A DNA stretch of 63,994 nt, counting the filler, from Basidiobolus ranarum (taxonomy: Eukaryota), in the NCBI GenBank assembly GCA_040143965.1. It is 4 parts of 4 records of this genome, joined end to end, with 100 filler letters (N's around TTAATTAATTAA, not from the genome) between each part and the next. Parts side by side here need not be neighbours in the genome. Positions count along the whole stretch, not along the records: positions 33,305 to 49,790 come from JASJQH010000340.1; positions 49,891 to 63,994 come from JASJQH010000442.1; 2 more parts are not named here. One strand, 5' to 3'. A program made the translations under genes and the position numbers. Positions 35,672 to 53,440 of this stretch are shown piece by piece (position 1 is the first letter of the stretch; every line of letters starts with the position of its first letter). Below the pieces are notes generated by a model. The model ran no database searches and was not told where the DNA came from. It worked only from the letters and a program-made list of their open reading frames with translations.

Positions 35672-37853
35672 GACAATAGACTATATTTCTCTATCAGCAA
35701 TATCACATCATTGTATACAGATCTCTATACATGTATTTCTTTCTAGCCTTTCATTTTCGAACTTATTTTGACAAGGACAGGTTCAACCCTCTACCCCATC
35801 TACATCAGTATATGCATTCGTAGCAAGCAAGGAGAACTTCCTGGTATAATTAGCGAGGAAAACCCTTGGCACCGACTCACTCTGTAACATATATATCACC
35901 TTGAGGATTTTCCCAATAAAAGTCATCACACAACATTTAGTGCAGCTTTTTCATCTGATGTACCACACTCACGTAAGAGGGAGGACGTGACTTGATCAAT
36001 CACTAGTCACGTTTACCCGATGGTTTATCCGAGAAATAGATTGCACCGATATCGATGTTTTGGGTAGAGATTTAACAAGTGGAGACATCAGAAAAGGAAT
36101 CGACGCCCATGACAAATGTATCGACAACATACAGGTACCAGCACCAAAATATCCGATCAACAGAGATGAAGAATCCACTTACACAAGAAAGCCCCAAGAA
36201 TCCCCAACATCATTACGAACTAGTCTAAAGAGAATCTCACCAGAAACCACCCAAAATCTTTTCATTACCAATCAAAATCCTCAAGATAAATATCCCGAAA
36301 ATTAAGGTAAATTAAGCCCCTTCTCACTTCCCCCCATCCACTATCCAGATTCGAATAAGATTCGTCACGTTATCGATTAATCACAAATGACCTTGAGAAA
36401 TGGGAACATTTGTACATAACTGGAGTGGGAAATTTTCTTCTCAAAGTCCGCCCCAAAACATTGAGATTGGTAAGACCTAAAGTAGATTCGATCATATTAA
36501 GTGAACACAGGGCATAATTCAAGACCCATCAACTGATTCTCCAATATCTCATTGGATTTCGTTGGAAATTACCAGTGGATCATACCGCCTAATTAGCAAT
36601 AAGTAATAAGAGAGTAAATATTAAATTGATTTCAAGTTTCGTCACAACCTAAATCCAACCCACAACCATTACATCATCCTTATTATTTCATATGTTTGGA
36701 AGGAAGCTCCAGTTACACATGTCCATTAAATCTGCACTCTTGAATGACATTACTTGATTGAATGGTATTGGATATTGTATTTGGATCGCCTTGGTTTTCA
36801 TTGCTCTTTATGATATATGAATATTTCATTTCCATTCCACATTTGTGGGTAGTTTCCACTTCCACCACAAGCGTAACCACGACTAGTTCCAAAATAGGCC
36901 ACTAATTTCCGGCCCCATAAGTTGTAAATTCCATTGAAAAATTACCCTAATCTCTAAATATGGTTAGATTGGTTTCTTGAAATATCTCTCCCCCCCCTTT
37001 CACTACCCATGTAATCTACCAATTCTTAACATCCCCATAATAAATCATCTAATTTCTGGCTGGTGCTAATTTTGGCTTATCCCATGTGAATCTTTTGGGA
37101 TATGTTTCATGGACTAAGTCTGCGAGGCTAGTAGGGACTAGAAACTGTCAGTGATACAGGCGCAGGCGCAGATGCAGATACAGACGCAGACGCAGAAGAA
37201 ACCATATCCTTATTCTATCCCAACCAAAATGAGCCTAACCCGCTGGGTTCGGAGGAGCTTAATAGCCATTGAATTCCACATCAGATCATAATCGGTAAAA
37301 CTCCTAACAGAGTAATCATATTGCAGGAGAATTCATTGAATCATTCCTTCAATATGGAATTCAAAATTCCGAAATAATGATTGAATCGCGATGTCGTCGT
37401 CACTGGTGGCCCTCAATCGGAACGTCGCGATATCTTCCCTGATTAGTCTGTTGTGTAGCATATATCAATTTACTCCTCTCTCTGCCCTGACACTTGATTT
37501 ACCCGTGGCTAGCCATCTATAATCTTGCTTGAAAAGAGTCACTGGACTGGTGACTTCGGTGGCTGTTAGTCCTCTATTTTCATATCAATCTGCGGCGCTA
37601 TTGTACTACCCGTCGTTCATTTTGAAGCAACGGCTACATTGTGGATGAATGGTCCTTTATTTTAGAACTAACAATGGATATCAAGCCATGTAGATTTCTT
37701 AAAAATTGAACTGTCAAAAAAGTGAAGAGGTTTCAAAGCACTGACAGCAATTATCTCAAGCTTTAAATTGTTGGTAAATTTCATAAATCGCAAGTAACCA
37801 GAAAGTGAAATGTTTCTGTGGGTTAATCCTCTTAAAGCTTATATCGGTATACT

Positions 37854-39363
37854 TTAGAACCGTTTACTGTTTTGATTGTTGTTCTTGTAAAGATAATAGA
37901 TTACTCCACCAACCCCTCCAAGGGCCAAGAGCTTCCAGAGCCAACCGGACGACGAATCGTTACGATGTGCGGGTTTGGCAGTGTACATAGGCTGTGCAAC
38001 CTTTTTCTGTATATAGTTGATCATAGACTTAGTTTTCGATGACAACGTAGTGTCATACCAATATAAATGTTACCTTTTTAACGGAGTGAGAGCTAATACT
38101 AATGATTTCATGTGCATCTGAGAATAAGAGCATATGTGTTATTAAATGAGTGATTTCTCGGTCCATCAAAATATCGAACTCTTACCAGATATTTCTCCAG
38201 TATGCGCGCTAAACCCAAGGAAAATAAGACTGGGCAAGGTTACTTTATCTATTAAAAAGCAAGGCGTCCATTTGTCTTCGGCTTCCCACTGAAGTTTTAG
38301 CTGTAATATGGGTGAGTCGATAAACTCTGATTGTAATAGAGGCATGAAACATCTTGATTACCTCAAGGTATTCACCACGGAAATATGTGACCAGCGCTTT
38401 TGTTGGGAACGATCTATCCCTGATTTCTGCCTATAATGGGTATGGTTAATATCCTCAAACTCATTTACCAACGACATAGTGTAGCGTACTTCGCATCCAG
38501 CTGCTTCGGTGTTAGATCCATCTTTATCATTGTCATACGGGGTTTTTCCATCTCCGATCATTGCCATAACGTAAGGGAAGTTGTGCTAAGGTAGCGATAA
38601 TAAAGCGATATTTAGGCTTAACATTGAATACATGTTGTCCATTATGGGGAAGTTTAAAAACGTACCGAAACTTTGGAATTGGCGTATGTATCAAAGAAAA
38701 TACCCAATCCATCGAAGTTATTAACACTTCCAAAAACTGGACCTTAATTAACGAGGAAAATGAGGTTCAATAGAGATGTTAGTTAGTGACATCAATATTG
38801 AAATACTGACCATTTTCTGGATCATTTGTGGTGGCCCAAAAGGCAAATCCGTCTCCAAAAATATTTGTACCAGAGCCTGATATTTTGAACTCGAACTCTA
38901 CTTCCCAAGAGTTGGTTGGGAGAGCCTGAAGTTAAATAAGCAGTTAGAACTGTAAATACCCATAGGAATTTTAGTAAAACCTATATGACACACGCATATA
39001 TATAAATATTTGTGTATGTAGGTGAGAAAATACTGACATGTTTACTCCAGAGCCAGCCGGCTCTTGAAGGCAAGTCGGGTGTTAGCCGAATACCTTTATA
39101 GGTATTGATCACGGTATCACCTCCAAACTCAAAATAGTTTGAACGCATTTCTTCATCTAAACATGAATCAAATACAATATTAAAATCTGGCTTCTATGGT
39201 ATAGTGTTAAGGTTAAATATATACCGATATACGGCATATGAAGTGAATGAGAGCTCAAATAGACCTTGTTCCCGTCATCTTGAGGCGTCTCACTAGTCTG
39301 AGAGGAAACCAACCAGGCGGTTGCTGCTGTTATCAAACAACTTGCAAGTCTAATACGAACCAT
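37854..39363 (-). CDS. L-type lectin cargo receptor (VIP36/LMAN2/Emp47 family), multi-exon
   Basis: Signal peptide; HSLHMPYI, FEFGGDTVI, IRLTPD, WEVEFEF, GDGFAFW, GLGIFFDTYANS, YDNDKDG; TM helix; C-terminal KRF. Confidence 0.92.
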
Positions 39364-40006
39364 TTCAAGTAAAGTAGTGACGATATAAAAGGGTTTATTT
39401 GAGAGTCACAGTATCAACACGAGTGCCTACAACCCAAACGAACTGACGTCGTTTATATTTAGTAAGAGAGATAACTTTATTAGCCAACTGTTGGTGAGTT
39501 GGGATTGGGTGGATTTTGTAATCATTATTGCATAGCATTCATTTTAAATTTTGATGAATATTGATTTTCCCACCACGTTACTTTGTAGTGAAGTCAATTT
39601 GTACATAGAGTGTAGCGCTAATGCTTCAGATGGATTCTCTGGCAAAATGCAAGGGCTTTTGTACAAACCTGAAGTCAACATAAGGATGTGCTATGTAGCT
39701 TTATTGCACTGGGTTGTTACCGGTAAAGAAGGTCTTCAAATCATTTTTATAACGTATCGTACAATTCTACAGATATAAGTACTGAACCCTAGCAAAATCA
39801 TAATTTAAATATCTAACATGCTGTAAAGTGAAACAGCAGGTAATCCACTTCGCCCCCATAAGATTGCACGCCGTTGTTGAGCTGGGTATCGTCAACTGTG
39901 ATGATGGTTTAAAACACAAAAAGATAAATTCTTGGGCGTGTTCCTAATAATAAAGTAAATAGTGCAAGTGCTTTAGTACGGATCAATTGTTCTTCGGAAA
40001 TGAAAA

Positions 40007-44643
<4,637 letters not shown>

Positions 44644-44668
44644 ATTTTGTGATATAGTAGAACGCAAC

Positions 44669-44676
44669 TTTCGCGT
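44669..44676 (-). promoter_or_regulatory. Candidate SBF/MBF/E2F-type G1/S element ACGCGAAA just upstream of SMC3
   Basis: TTTCGCGT about 25 nt upstream of the ATG; a further ACGCGT (MCB) at 44611-44616 in intron 1. Confidence 0.4.
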
Positions 44677-45138
44677 TATGAAAGTTTACTCGCAAGTCTG
44701 TGTTTAGAATAAGCAAGAGACCTCAATTCTTAACACCTTAATGAATGCTTTAATTATATATTTATAAACTTGTATAATATTATACAAAGTTCAATAATAT
44801 TGAATGGAGATCAATAAGCAAATCCGATAATTATCACAGCATCAATGTTTTCAATATTCAGCCTATCCAGCATTCAATCAATTGTTTAACTAATATTCTT
44901 TAATTTATATGAAGTGATGGTTACATTGTTGGTTTAATCATCAATTTGATATCTGTGTATCATTACTCTATCACTTGGATGAAAACAGGACTGACTCGTG
45001 GATGGCTGCTTTATTGGCAAAATCAATAAGCGAATAAAGCAGAAATACCCAGTGGGAGTAACGTCAGACAAAATCACCAACGAAGCTATCCTAGGAAATG
45101 AAATATAGACATAGTCCATAGCTGTAGCAAGTAGAGTG

Positions 45139-47115
45139 TTATGATTGTTGTTCTCCAGAGAGACGCGCAATTGCCTTTAAGAGAGAGTTTAGTTTTAGAG
45201 AATTACTATACCCTTAACATAATGACCTACTTCCTTTACGGATCTGGAGGAGACATCAGGTAAGTTTGATAAGGAATCAGGCCGGATTTCGTAGAGTACA
45301 GGCAGTTCCTACATCGACACGCATTAGTGCGGCAAATACCAAAGCCATCCCAAGGTTACTTACAGCGATCGAAGGACAGAGGTCCATAGGAAGATAGGGT
45401 CCATATTGCTCGAAAAATACATGGCGCTCACGCTCCTCAGCTAAACAAGAGTGAATGGAGTGGACAGCATGGAGAAATACAGTTCATAAAGACAATACCT
45501 AGGTGAAGCTCCTGCAGCGCTTTACTATAATCTTCAGCAACTTCTTGATGGTATTTCTCAACCTGGCGTCGCCTATCAATCTCAACAACAAGGTGATGGT
45601 ATGCAGATGAAAACTCGTGGTACCTGGCCAATTATTAGCAACGGGTTTGAAGGAGCGATGAGTAACAACGAGACGTTACCATGCTACTAAATTGTATAGC
45701 TCATCTGAGAAGCCCTCCAAGGAGACACGTCGACGTGAGAATTCAAGCTACGTTTACGACGTTAGTACTGCTTTACTTCCCAACAATCAATAAAGAACCA
45801 ACTTTGATGGATTTGATGTTTTCTACAATTTTGGTAATTTCAGAGGAGCATTCATCAATCTTAGTCAACAAGTTCACAAGCTCGTTTTGCACCGAGGCAT
45901 ACAGCTGATTACGGATCTTAACATCCTCGCTTTCGTGTGGTAAGCATAAGAAAGAGTGAACAACAGGCCTACTGTGTATGAAATATTACCTAATCGCCTC
46001 AATCATTTGTAATGACTCTTCCAAATCTTCCAGAACTGACGGGATCTCATCTGTATCTTTCTCCAAAACTACTCAAGAGAATTCATACTTAATGCTTACT
46101 CGGCGAAACACAACTCTTGATACTAACCTGATATATCTATGTTGAACTCCTCTTCCGACTGAGACTGGCATACCCTAAATCAAATACCGTCAATACGTGG
46201 TCCAGCTGAATCTCTGAAGGCTCTTTCTTACTTTAATACTGAGCTGACTTGATCGTAATGCCGTGCAAGAGATAGCAACACATCGGCCATCCTATTGGTT
46301 TCGTCTTCTTGTCTTTGTCGAGTTTCAATAGAGTAGGTGAATCCAGACTCTTCGAATGTAATGGAAGAGTTGTTGAGGCCGTTGAATTCTTCTAGCCAAC
46401 CGCTAAGCTTCGTGTAATCATCTAGGGACTCTTTCAATAATTCCTTGAAGATTATTGGATTTATGTTTACTCAGCATATGGCTTAAAACTTTACTACCTT
46501 CAAATATGTGAGCTCCAAATGGGTGTTCTGCTTTAAAGTGGCAACGCTTTGCTCATCGATGTAATCGAAAAGAGTCATATTTTCCGAGTTTTCTTTCAAA
46601 GGAAGCTTAGATTTCCCTCCGTTCACTGCAATTCCGGATTCAATGGCATTCCTAATAATCCCGTCATCCACCGCTATATTTTTCAGTAGGAAAAATACCT
46701 CTTCTAGACAAGAAGTGGCATCTTGGACCTTCTCCTCCTGATCCTAAAGAATTAACAAATTAATTACTTCGTAATAGGTTAGAAATGTATGGAACTAGGA
46801 TTTATACCTGTACGAAGGCAGATAAACTTGTTGTCTGCCGCCGAAAGCACTCACCGAAGCTCTCTAAAATCTTTGTATGAAGAGGGATTATTAAAGGCGA
46901 TAAGAAAACGGATGAAGTGATATGTTTTCAGCAATAACCTTTAATTGAAAGGCTAACTCTTCACTTAGGAACTTGGTTTTTGGATAAAGTATTTCGATCA
47001 GTTCTAAATGAGTTCGACAATCTTCAACTAATTCGTTAGCCTCTGAACATAGATTTTCTCCTACTAACAAACTACGCTTCGAAATGGCAGTTAAGTTTAT
47101 AAGGAGTTGCTCCAT
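45139..47115 (-). CDS. ATG17: Autophagy scaffold Atg17, multi-exon
   Basis: SKRSLLVGENLCSEANELV, TLFDYIDEQSV, MADVLLSLARHYDQ, AYHHLVVEIDRRR, FFEQYGPYLPMDLCP; short GT-AG introns keep frame. Confidence 0.85.
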
Positions 47116-47498
47116 TTGAATTGTGAATACCAAAAAATAGAAACGAAGGTAGAAGAAAGGACAAAGTGTGACTGTTTGCGTATATGTTATTTGACTAGTT
47201 ATTGTAGCTCTTCTTGGTAGAATTAAAGGATGCGAGTCACCAATGGTTAGGCTTAGTAAGATTTGAGTACAGCAGAATATATTACCATATTTCGATGAAA
47301 TGATCTATTTTAGTGTAAAATTATACATCTACATTTTGTAGATTGGATAAATTTGGGACGTTTGCAAGGATAAGAAATTTATTGACTGATCGAAAAATGG
47401 ACTTAATGAAATCTGTGCATTAAGGAGATGCTAATCAAATAGTGAGCAGTAATGCTTGGTTAGAGTAGAGAGCTCTCTTTGCTTCTTTTGGGAACAGA

Positions 47499-49441
47499 AT
47501 GGAGTCTTACATATCCTTGGCAGATAGGCGTAGTTCTGAAGCTATCTTTGAAAGTTTGAATAAAGACCTCGCCGGGTCCCAAGGTAGTTTAAGTTGCATG
47601 GCCTTGAATACCATATATCTTATTGTTTTCTTACTTAGTAAGTAACCTGCAGGCGAGGCAAAAATTGGTTGCTGCTCTGGTTTCAGATTTGTCTAACGAA
47701 GAAGTATACACTCATTGGGACCAAAAAGGTTCATCTATAATCCTACTATAATAGTTTTACAATTTCTAAAATTCCTTCCGCCACGAAGCATTATTATTAG
47801 TACTGCAAGGATTAAAGATGTTGTGTCGCGAAGTTGATGCAGCAAAAAGCCTCTATACATCTGAAGTATGTACTACCTTTTCTTTGCATCTGAAAGAAAA
47901 CGTATTTATAACTTAATTTACTAGGGGATTCGTGCGCTAATGAGACATTCGGAACTATTACCCACTACTAGTGGAGATGATTCCGTTACAGTGCAGGAAA
48001 GTTTGAGATGCTTAGCAAATTGCTTGTTACTTGACGCAAGTACGCGTAGGATATTCTACAATGAAGGAGGAGTGGGATTTGTGGCGTCCAAGATACTTGT
48101 AAATATTTTGTTCCAATTCTTAATGAATACTGACAACTAATCGAACGTATCCTAGTCTTCTTCACTATCGATGGACTCGGAATTTCTATTTGGACGAATT
48201 TTGTTTCTTGCTACTGTCTCCAGCCCAGAGGCCGTAAGCACTTTGGCCGACAATGCCGAATTCTTGAGCAAAATTGATAGTGTTAGTGGCTTTACATGAT
48301 TGCTCATTCATTAATCTAGTATCTGAACGTTTCGATGAACTTAGATAATATGCAAATGTATTAGCCCTCCATCGGCAGTTTCATCCTCAGTATTTAGTTC
48401 TGCGATGATCATTAGCGAATACCTGAAGATGCTGTTCAACATGATTACGAACTTTGTCTCATGTACTGATACCAAGAATCCAGAGGACGATGACCAAGCC
48501 TCCAAGCAAGAACTATCGGCAAAATACTCAAGGTAGTATTTGTACTGTGTCTGCCTGTGTCACTTCCATGTCTAAACTTCTTTCCTCCAGTCTCATTCCC
48601 ACCTTGATCCGAGTAGTTACAGAGATCCCTTATGATAACTCGGCCCCTGTATCACCTCCACACTCCCACGTAATACACGTGCTACTCAATATATCAATTA
48701 CAGGTTTGGAGCCGCTGTGGTTTTCACAGGATTCCCAAGAGCCCTACATTCTAGTAACTACACTAATAGAGATGTTGAAGGGTGTCTTGAGCAATTGTTT
48801 TGCCGAAGATACTCATTCGTCGGATGACTTGACTTCTCTAGACTCCTTCCTCCCCCCCTTCCTAATCCTTATGAGTAATCTCGCAAGAGAGAATTCTCAT
48901 GCTTGCTCCTTGATGAAAGAGTCTTTGCTGCCTGAAAACATGTAAAGTATATACTATTGTCGATTGTGTCTACAAATATTTATATTTTCTATGTAGCGAT
49001 CGTTCCAAACCGTTAGGAAAGGGGCAGAGCGTCTCTGATTACTTAATCTCGTTACTTACGGCAGGCGCTGTAAACCGTACGAAAGACACTGCCGGAGAGT
49101 TCATATACATCTTGTGTGATCAGGATGCTTCCAAGTTTGTAGATCAAGTTGGCTATGGGAATGCGATAGGTTTCCTAACAAACCGTGGAATCCCCTTTTC
49201 TCATCCAACTTCTCATTCTCAAGGCGAAAATGGATCGAGTGTAAATCCAGTCACTGGGCAGTATGTAGACAAAGAGGCACCTGATCTCTCAACTATGACA
49301 GATGAAGAAAAAGAGCAAGAAGCCGAGCGATTATTTGTTTTGTTTGAAAGACTCAACAAGACTGGTGTAATTAAAGTTAAGAATCCAATTGTTGAAGCAA
49401 TGCAGTCTGGTAAAATCCACGAGATTGATGATGAAAACTAA
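47499..49441 (+). CDS. RIC8: Ric8/synembryn G-alpha GEF/chaperone, multi-exon
   Basis: ESLRCLANCLLL, FLFGRILFLAT, EYLKMLFN, FVDQVGYGNAIGFL, VNPVTGQ, MTDEEKEQEAERLFVLFERLNKTGVI. Confidence 0.93.
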
Positions 49442-49790
49442 ATAGCAATAACAACGAGACATTCTATGTGCCTTAAGCATACGATCTGTGTCTCTACCAA
49501 TTTTCATTTCATGTACTCCCCTCCCCAATATGTTTTTATCAATGAGCTTTATAATATTTCTGATAAATATTGGAATTAATCATTAAGCGAATTTGGCTTC
49601 TCTCAACTGTATTAAGCTGATCAGAATACTTGCTCTAATATTTTAGTGTGGGCTGGTGAAAAGCAACTTGCATAATCAATTAACCACTTTCTTGCTGGCG
49701 AATTGTAGACTATATATTAGCCAATACGTCACTTTCTTGATGCCAACTTCGGTATCGGGAGTCAATGAAATCGTTCAAGATCCTGTGCAA

Positions 49791-49890
49791 NNNNNNNNNN
49801 NNNNNNNNNNNNNNNNNNNNNNNNNNNNNNNNNNTTAATTAATTAANNNNNNNNNNNNNNNNNNNNNNNNNNNNNNNNNNNNNNNNNNNN
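49791..49890. other. Assembly gap with synthetic TTAATTAATTAA linker
   Basis: Linker at 49835-49846 between N-runs. Confidence 0.97.
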
Positions 49891-50609
49891 GGTTGAGTTT
49901 ACAGTTATTTTTGATCAAAGAAGCTTTAGTACTTGATCAAGATCAAAGGATGTTGATATCAGCATATTATTTTGTCAAGGCACCAATCATTTCTTTAACA
50001 GAAAGTTGGATATTACATTGTGACTATCATTCCTAGAGAAACTTGTGGTTCTTAAAACTTCCCACTCCCAACATAGTAAGTATTGTGTCCCTAACGAATA
50101 TTCCCTGCCAAGTTGCAAAATCTGCCCGATCTTTCAGCTACTAAATTTGATTATGCTCTCTAGAGTTACATAAATATTGACGCACCACTTGTTATCGATT
50201 TAATCGCTGCATTACAATAGATTTTTTCAATTTCATGCCGATTTCTAGAGCCTAGGAGAAAAATGCACTTCTTTCAATCGGGTACTCCATCTGCACTTCG
50301 TACATGTCAGACCCGCACGCGCATTTTCGTGTATCCCACGTGTGGCATTTCTTTCATTATCTTCTGCATTGGGTCTCTTAAATAGAAGATGAAAGAAATT
50401 GCTCAGGTATTATATCTAGTCTTCCAAATTGTGGTGATCTCCATTTTCTTATAGCTCTTCTCCTTGATATTGTTACTTATAGCTTGGCCACATTATTTTA
50501 TGAATTCGAATAAAACACTGGTCCAGATTCAAATTGACATTTCAGCGGTATAAATATCCATTCCACATAGCAAGGCCCCGTTGCGCATAATCAAAAGTAA
50601 GCTCGAGCA

Positions 50610-51133
50610 ATGGCTGCTTTAAGCAGGCCTAGTGGTGAAGGGGATGCGACCGGAAAATCCAGTAAACTGATCTCAAAGGCATTTCGACTATCATCGCATC
50701 ATGGGCAAAACAAACGAAAATCGGCCAAGTTCAAGCCTCCCCCTCTAACCCGTGACAACCTGGAAGTACACAAAAAATTGGTATTTGATGGAATTGTAAA
50801 ATCCATGCTGTTTACTTGGCACTAACTATTTCTTTCAAGTTGCCACCATCCTCCGAAACTAAACTTGACCGAGTCACACGTTATGTAATGCACCAAGCCT
50901 CAATCCAAGAAGAACTCACCAATACCACCAATTACCTGGCGTTACCACTCATTGAAAGCCTAGAAGAAAAGAGTGTGACTGATCAACATCACATCAAGTC
51001 TATATCAATTATCGGAGCCCAATCCAAGCCCAAGGTTCGCCAATTGTTTGCTAAAATGTTTATTGGGTTTAAATCAATTATATCAAAGCCCGAGTCCATT
51101 TCCTTTCACGCACATCCAGAGCCTGTTCTATGA
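50610..51133 (+). CDS. Small hypothetical protein, 2 exons
   Basis: GT-AG intron 50796-50839 (CTAAC branch) fuses two ORFs in frame: PPPLTRDNLEVHKKLVFDGI|LPPSSETKLDRVTRYV. TATAAATA about 60 nt upstream. Confidence 0.6.
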
Positions 51134-51677
51134 ATTATTACGAAATGGAATGATACGCTGTACTCTTCTAATTAGGTTACAGCCCCCTTTTTGCATCTGT
51201 CGATTTTTTCTCTTTAACTTTGTTGTGAAAGGCGAAAGGCCCTTTAAATCTCTCGATACCACGAATCCTCAGCTTACCTTCGATCTACTCAAGTGAAGAT
51301 GATTCTCTATTTTCTCTTCATAACATGCTGAACCTTTAAACCTTCCTGCTGAATAGATATTCCCCGTGTTAAAATTCAATATATTCGTACTAGTACAATT
51401 TTTTTAAAAAAACCAATTTCCCAAATGTTACCTCAATCTCTCCTCACTATGACTATGACTTTTTACCGTTATGTATTTTATTTAGATTTACATAGTGTGC
51501 AATGAACCTCCAACTCAATATAACCAAAGATATCTGAATTATCGTAAATTCTACAGTTAGTTTCAAATCATCTTGATATCTTGCTTGACCTTTGAAACAT
51601 GCACATGCTCTAGACCAGACTACAAGCAAATGGGTACAATGTATATCATTCTAATAGCAAACATTGCTCTTGATGAC

Positions 51678-52163
51678 TTACGTATCACTTCGCTTAGAAA
51701 GTTCAGACCTCTGCGTGACTTGGTAGTTCTGTCGGAAATATGAAAATACATGATATATATGTCCAATGAAGTTGTCTTCCGAGTCTCTAACTTCGTATAC
51801 TGTTTCTATCATTTGTGTCATCATGCAGATAAACCATATATCTATAATCACATGATCGGACTCTGATGCCGAAAGGTTATGACTATCATGATAATCAAAA
51901 GATGGATGGTTGAATATTTTTACCGGGTATCTGGTGGGATCATCATAATTCAAAAGCACGTGGAGCTTCGAATAGGATTGACTGGGGAAGCAGCTCGAAT
52001 GCCAGTGGCCCCTGTGCGATCCAGGGGGAAAATTATCCTCGAGTTTGTTGCATCCCAAACCATTCAGAAGATTACTGATGATTTGTACATATTTGTGACG
52101 TGTCCCAGATTCATTTTGGGCTGGGGTTGGAGACTTAGGAGAGCGGTATTCATATTTAGCCAT
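51678..52163 (-). CDS. Hypothetical protein, 161 aa
   Basis: ATG-initiated ORF with a protein-like composition; no family recognised. Confidence 0.4.
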   Translation of the reverse strand: MAKYEYRSPKSPTPAQNESGTRHKYVQIISNLLNGLGCNKLEDNFPPGSHRGHWHSSCFPSQSYSKLHVLLNYDDPTRYPVKIFNHPSFDYHDSHNLSASESDHVIIDIWFICMMTQMIETVYEVRDSEDNFIGHIYHVFSYFRQNYQVTQRSELSKRSDT

Positions 52164-52819
52164 GGACCATCTCGCTCCTCAACAGAGATCAGTGAGTCTC
52201 GTAATGGGTTTCGGCTCTTTAAAGTGCTGGTTTGAAAGTACATGACATCATCAATGTTACTGGTACCGTGAACTAAAAATAGCCACTTTAGCCGGGTAAT
52301 CATCTAATTCATATTGCTTCTTTAATCTCCCGAACTCTCCTTTGAGGTCAGGTAAAATCAAGATTGAAACTCTTACTTCCCTCAATGATCCCATAAAATC
52401 GGACTGCGGTCGGATTTATTTCTAGTTGAATACCTAAAATAGCAAGTGGTTTGTGGAAATCGGTTGGCCTTTGAATCGTCATCCATATCATTCGGTAGAA
52501 CAATACTCATTGCCACAACGATCCGTGGATTTGGTCGGGTGAACCAGTATTGGTACTTCAGAGCTTTAATGTCTACTTATTGGTGTTGTATGAGCACTTC
52601 AGAGCTGGCTGGGAATTCACGAGTAAATCAGTGACTCATCTGCAACAAGTTCTGCACCAAGAAGTGGCGTAAATAAATGAACATAATCAATGGTCTATTT
52701 ATTGTAACATACTAGAAGAGATTGAATGAAGAGAAGCTGGGAAATATGTACATGAGTATTGGCAATATACGTTGCGAATTGAGTAAAGGGTTCACTAAAA
52801 CATCGATTACTATATTAAA

Positions 52820-53440
52820 TTACAAATCATCCTTAACATCCTCCCACTCACAATCTGAATCTTCATCTGTATCCATATCCATGTCACTATCTTCTTCACT
52901 ACTTTCTTCGATTCGACTTTTGAGTATTTCCAGTCTTGCTTCTAACCAGTTGAAGAATTCCATCTTGGCAACCCAGCGTGTAAAGCCAAAGTCACTTTTT
53001 CTTCGCCAAACTTCACCTCGTGAAGGCCCTTCCACAATAAGAATCCAATGTGTAAGATAGTCATCACTAGCTAACACTAAGTGACCATGGTTCAGAGAGT
53101 CCAGAAACTCCTCACTTAAGCCATCCTCGACTTCATCAAATATGAGATTCTCCGTTAAAGGGAAGGGTTCCGAGAGGTTTTTTAATAAATCGTTATAAGG
53201 CACTGGATATTCATAAGGGACATAGCTTAGTGGAAGAAGTCCTCCACTTGGGCAGGTTCCATTTCCAATTTGACTAAGTACAGTACGATAATCTTCAGGT
53301 AAACGAATAAAATGCTCCCGTTCGAACTCTATAATTTTTTGTTCGGAAAGAGGTAGCTGAAAATATATATCTCCTTCAATCAGTCGTTGTCCTAGTTCAC
53401 GAGCTTCTTCGGTAATCGTGCAAAGTGTTAAGGCTGGCAT
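52820..53440 (-). CDS. SMI1/KNR4 (SUKH) family protein, bacterial-like, intronless, acidic tail
   Basis: LSEQKIIEFEREHFIRLPEDYRTVLSQIGNG...GGLLPL, LSEPFPLTE, GHLVLA, WILIVEGPSRGEVW, FFNWLE. Confidence 0.85.
   Translation of the reverse strand: MPALTLCTITEEARELGQRLIEGDIYFQLPLSEQKIIEFEREHFIRLPEDYRTVLSQIGNGTCPSGGLLPLSYVPYEYPVPYNDLLKNLSEPFPLTENLIFDEVEDGLSEEFLDSLNHGHLVLASDDYLTHWILIVEGPSRGEVWRRKSDFGFTRWVAKMEFFNWLEARLEILKSRIEESSEEDSDMDMDTDEDSDCEWEDVKDDL

Noticed and set aside
37158-37197. CAG(G/A)(C/T)G-type hexamer run; also a 14-nt tandem duplication near 61497-61530 and (TA)n tracts at about 12515 and 55910
   Set aside because: Simple tandem repeats with no spacers; not CRISPR-like and no sign of function.
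39157-39224. Lectin intron 1 begins GTATAT and contains CCTTAAC, suggesting a third U12 intron
   Set aside because: The donor lacks ATCCTT and the CCTTAAC lies near the 5' end, far from the acceptor; treated as U2.
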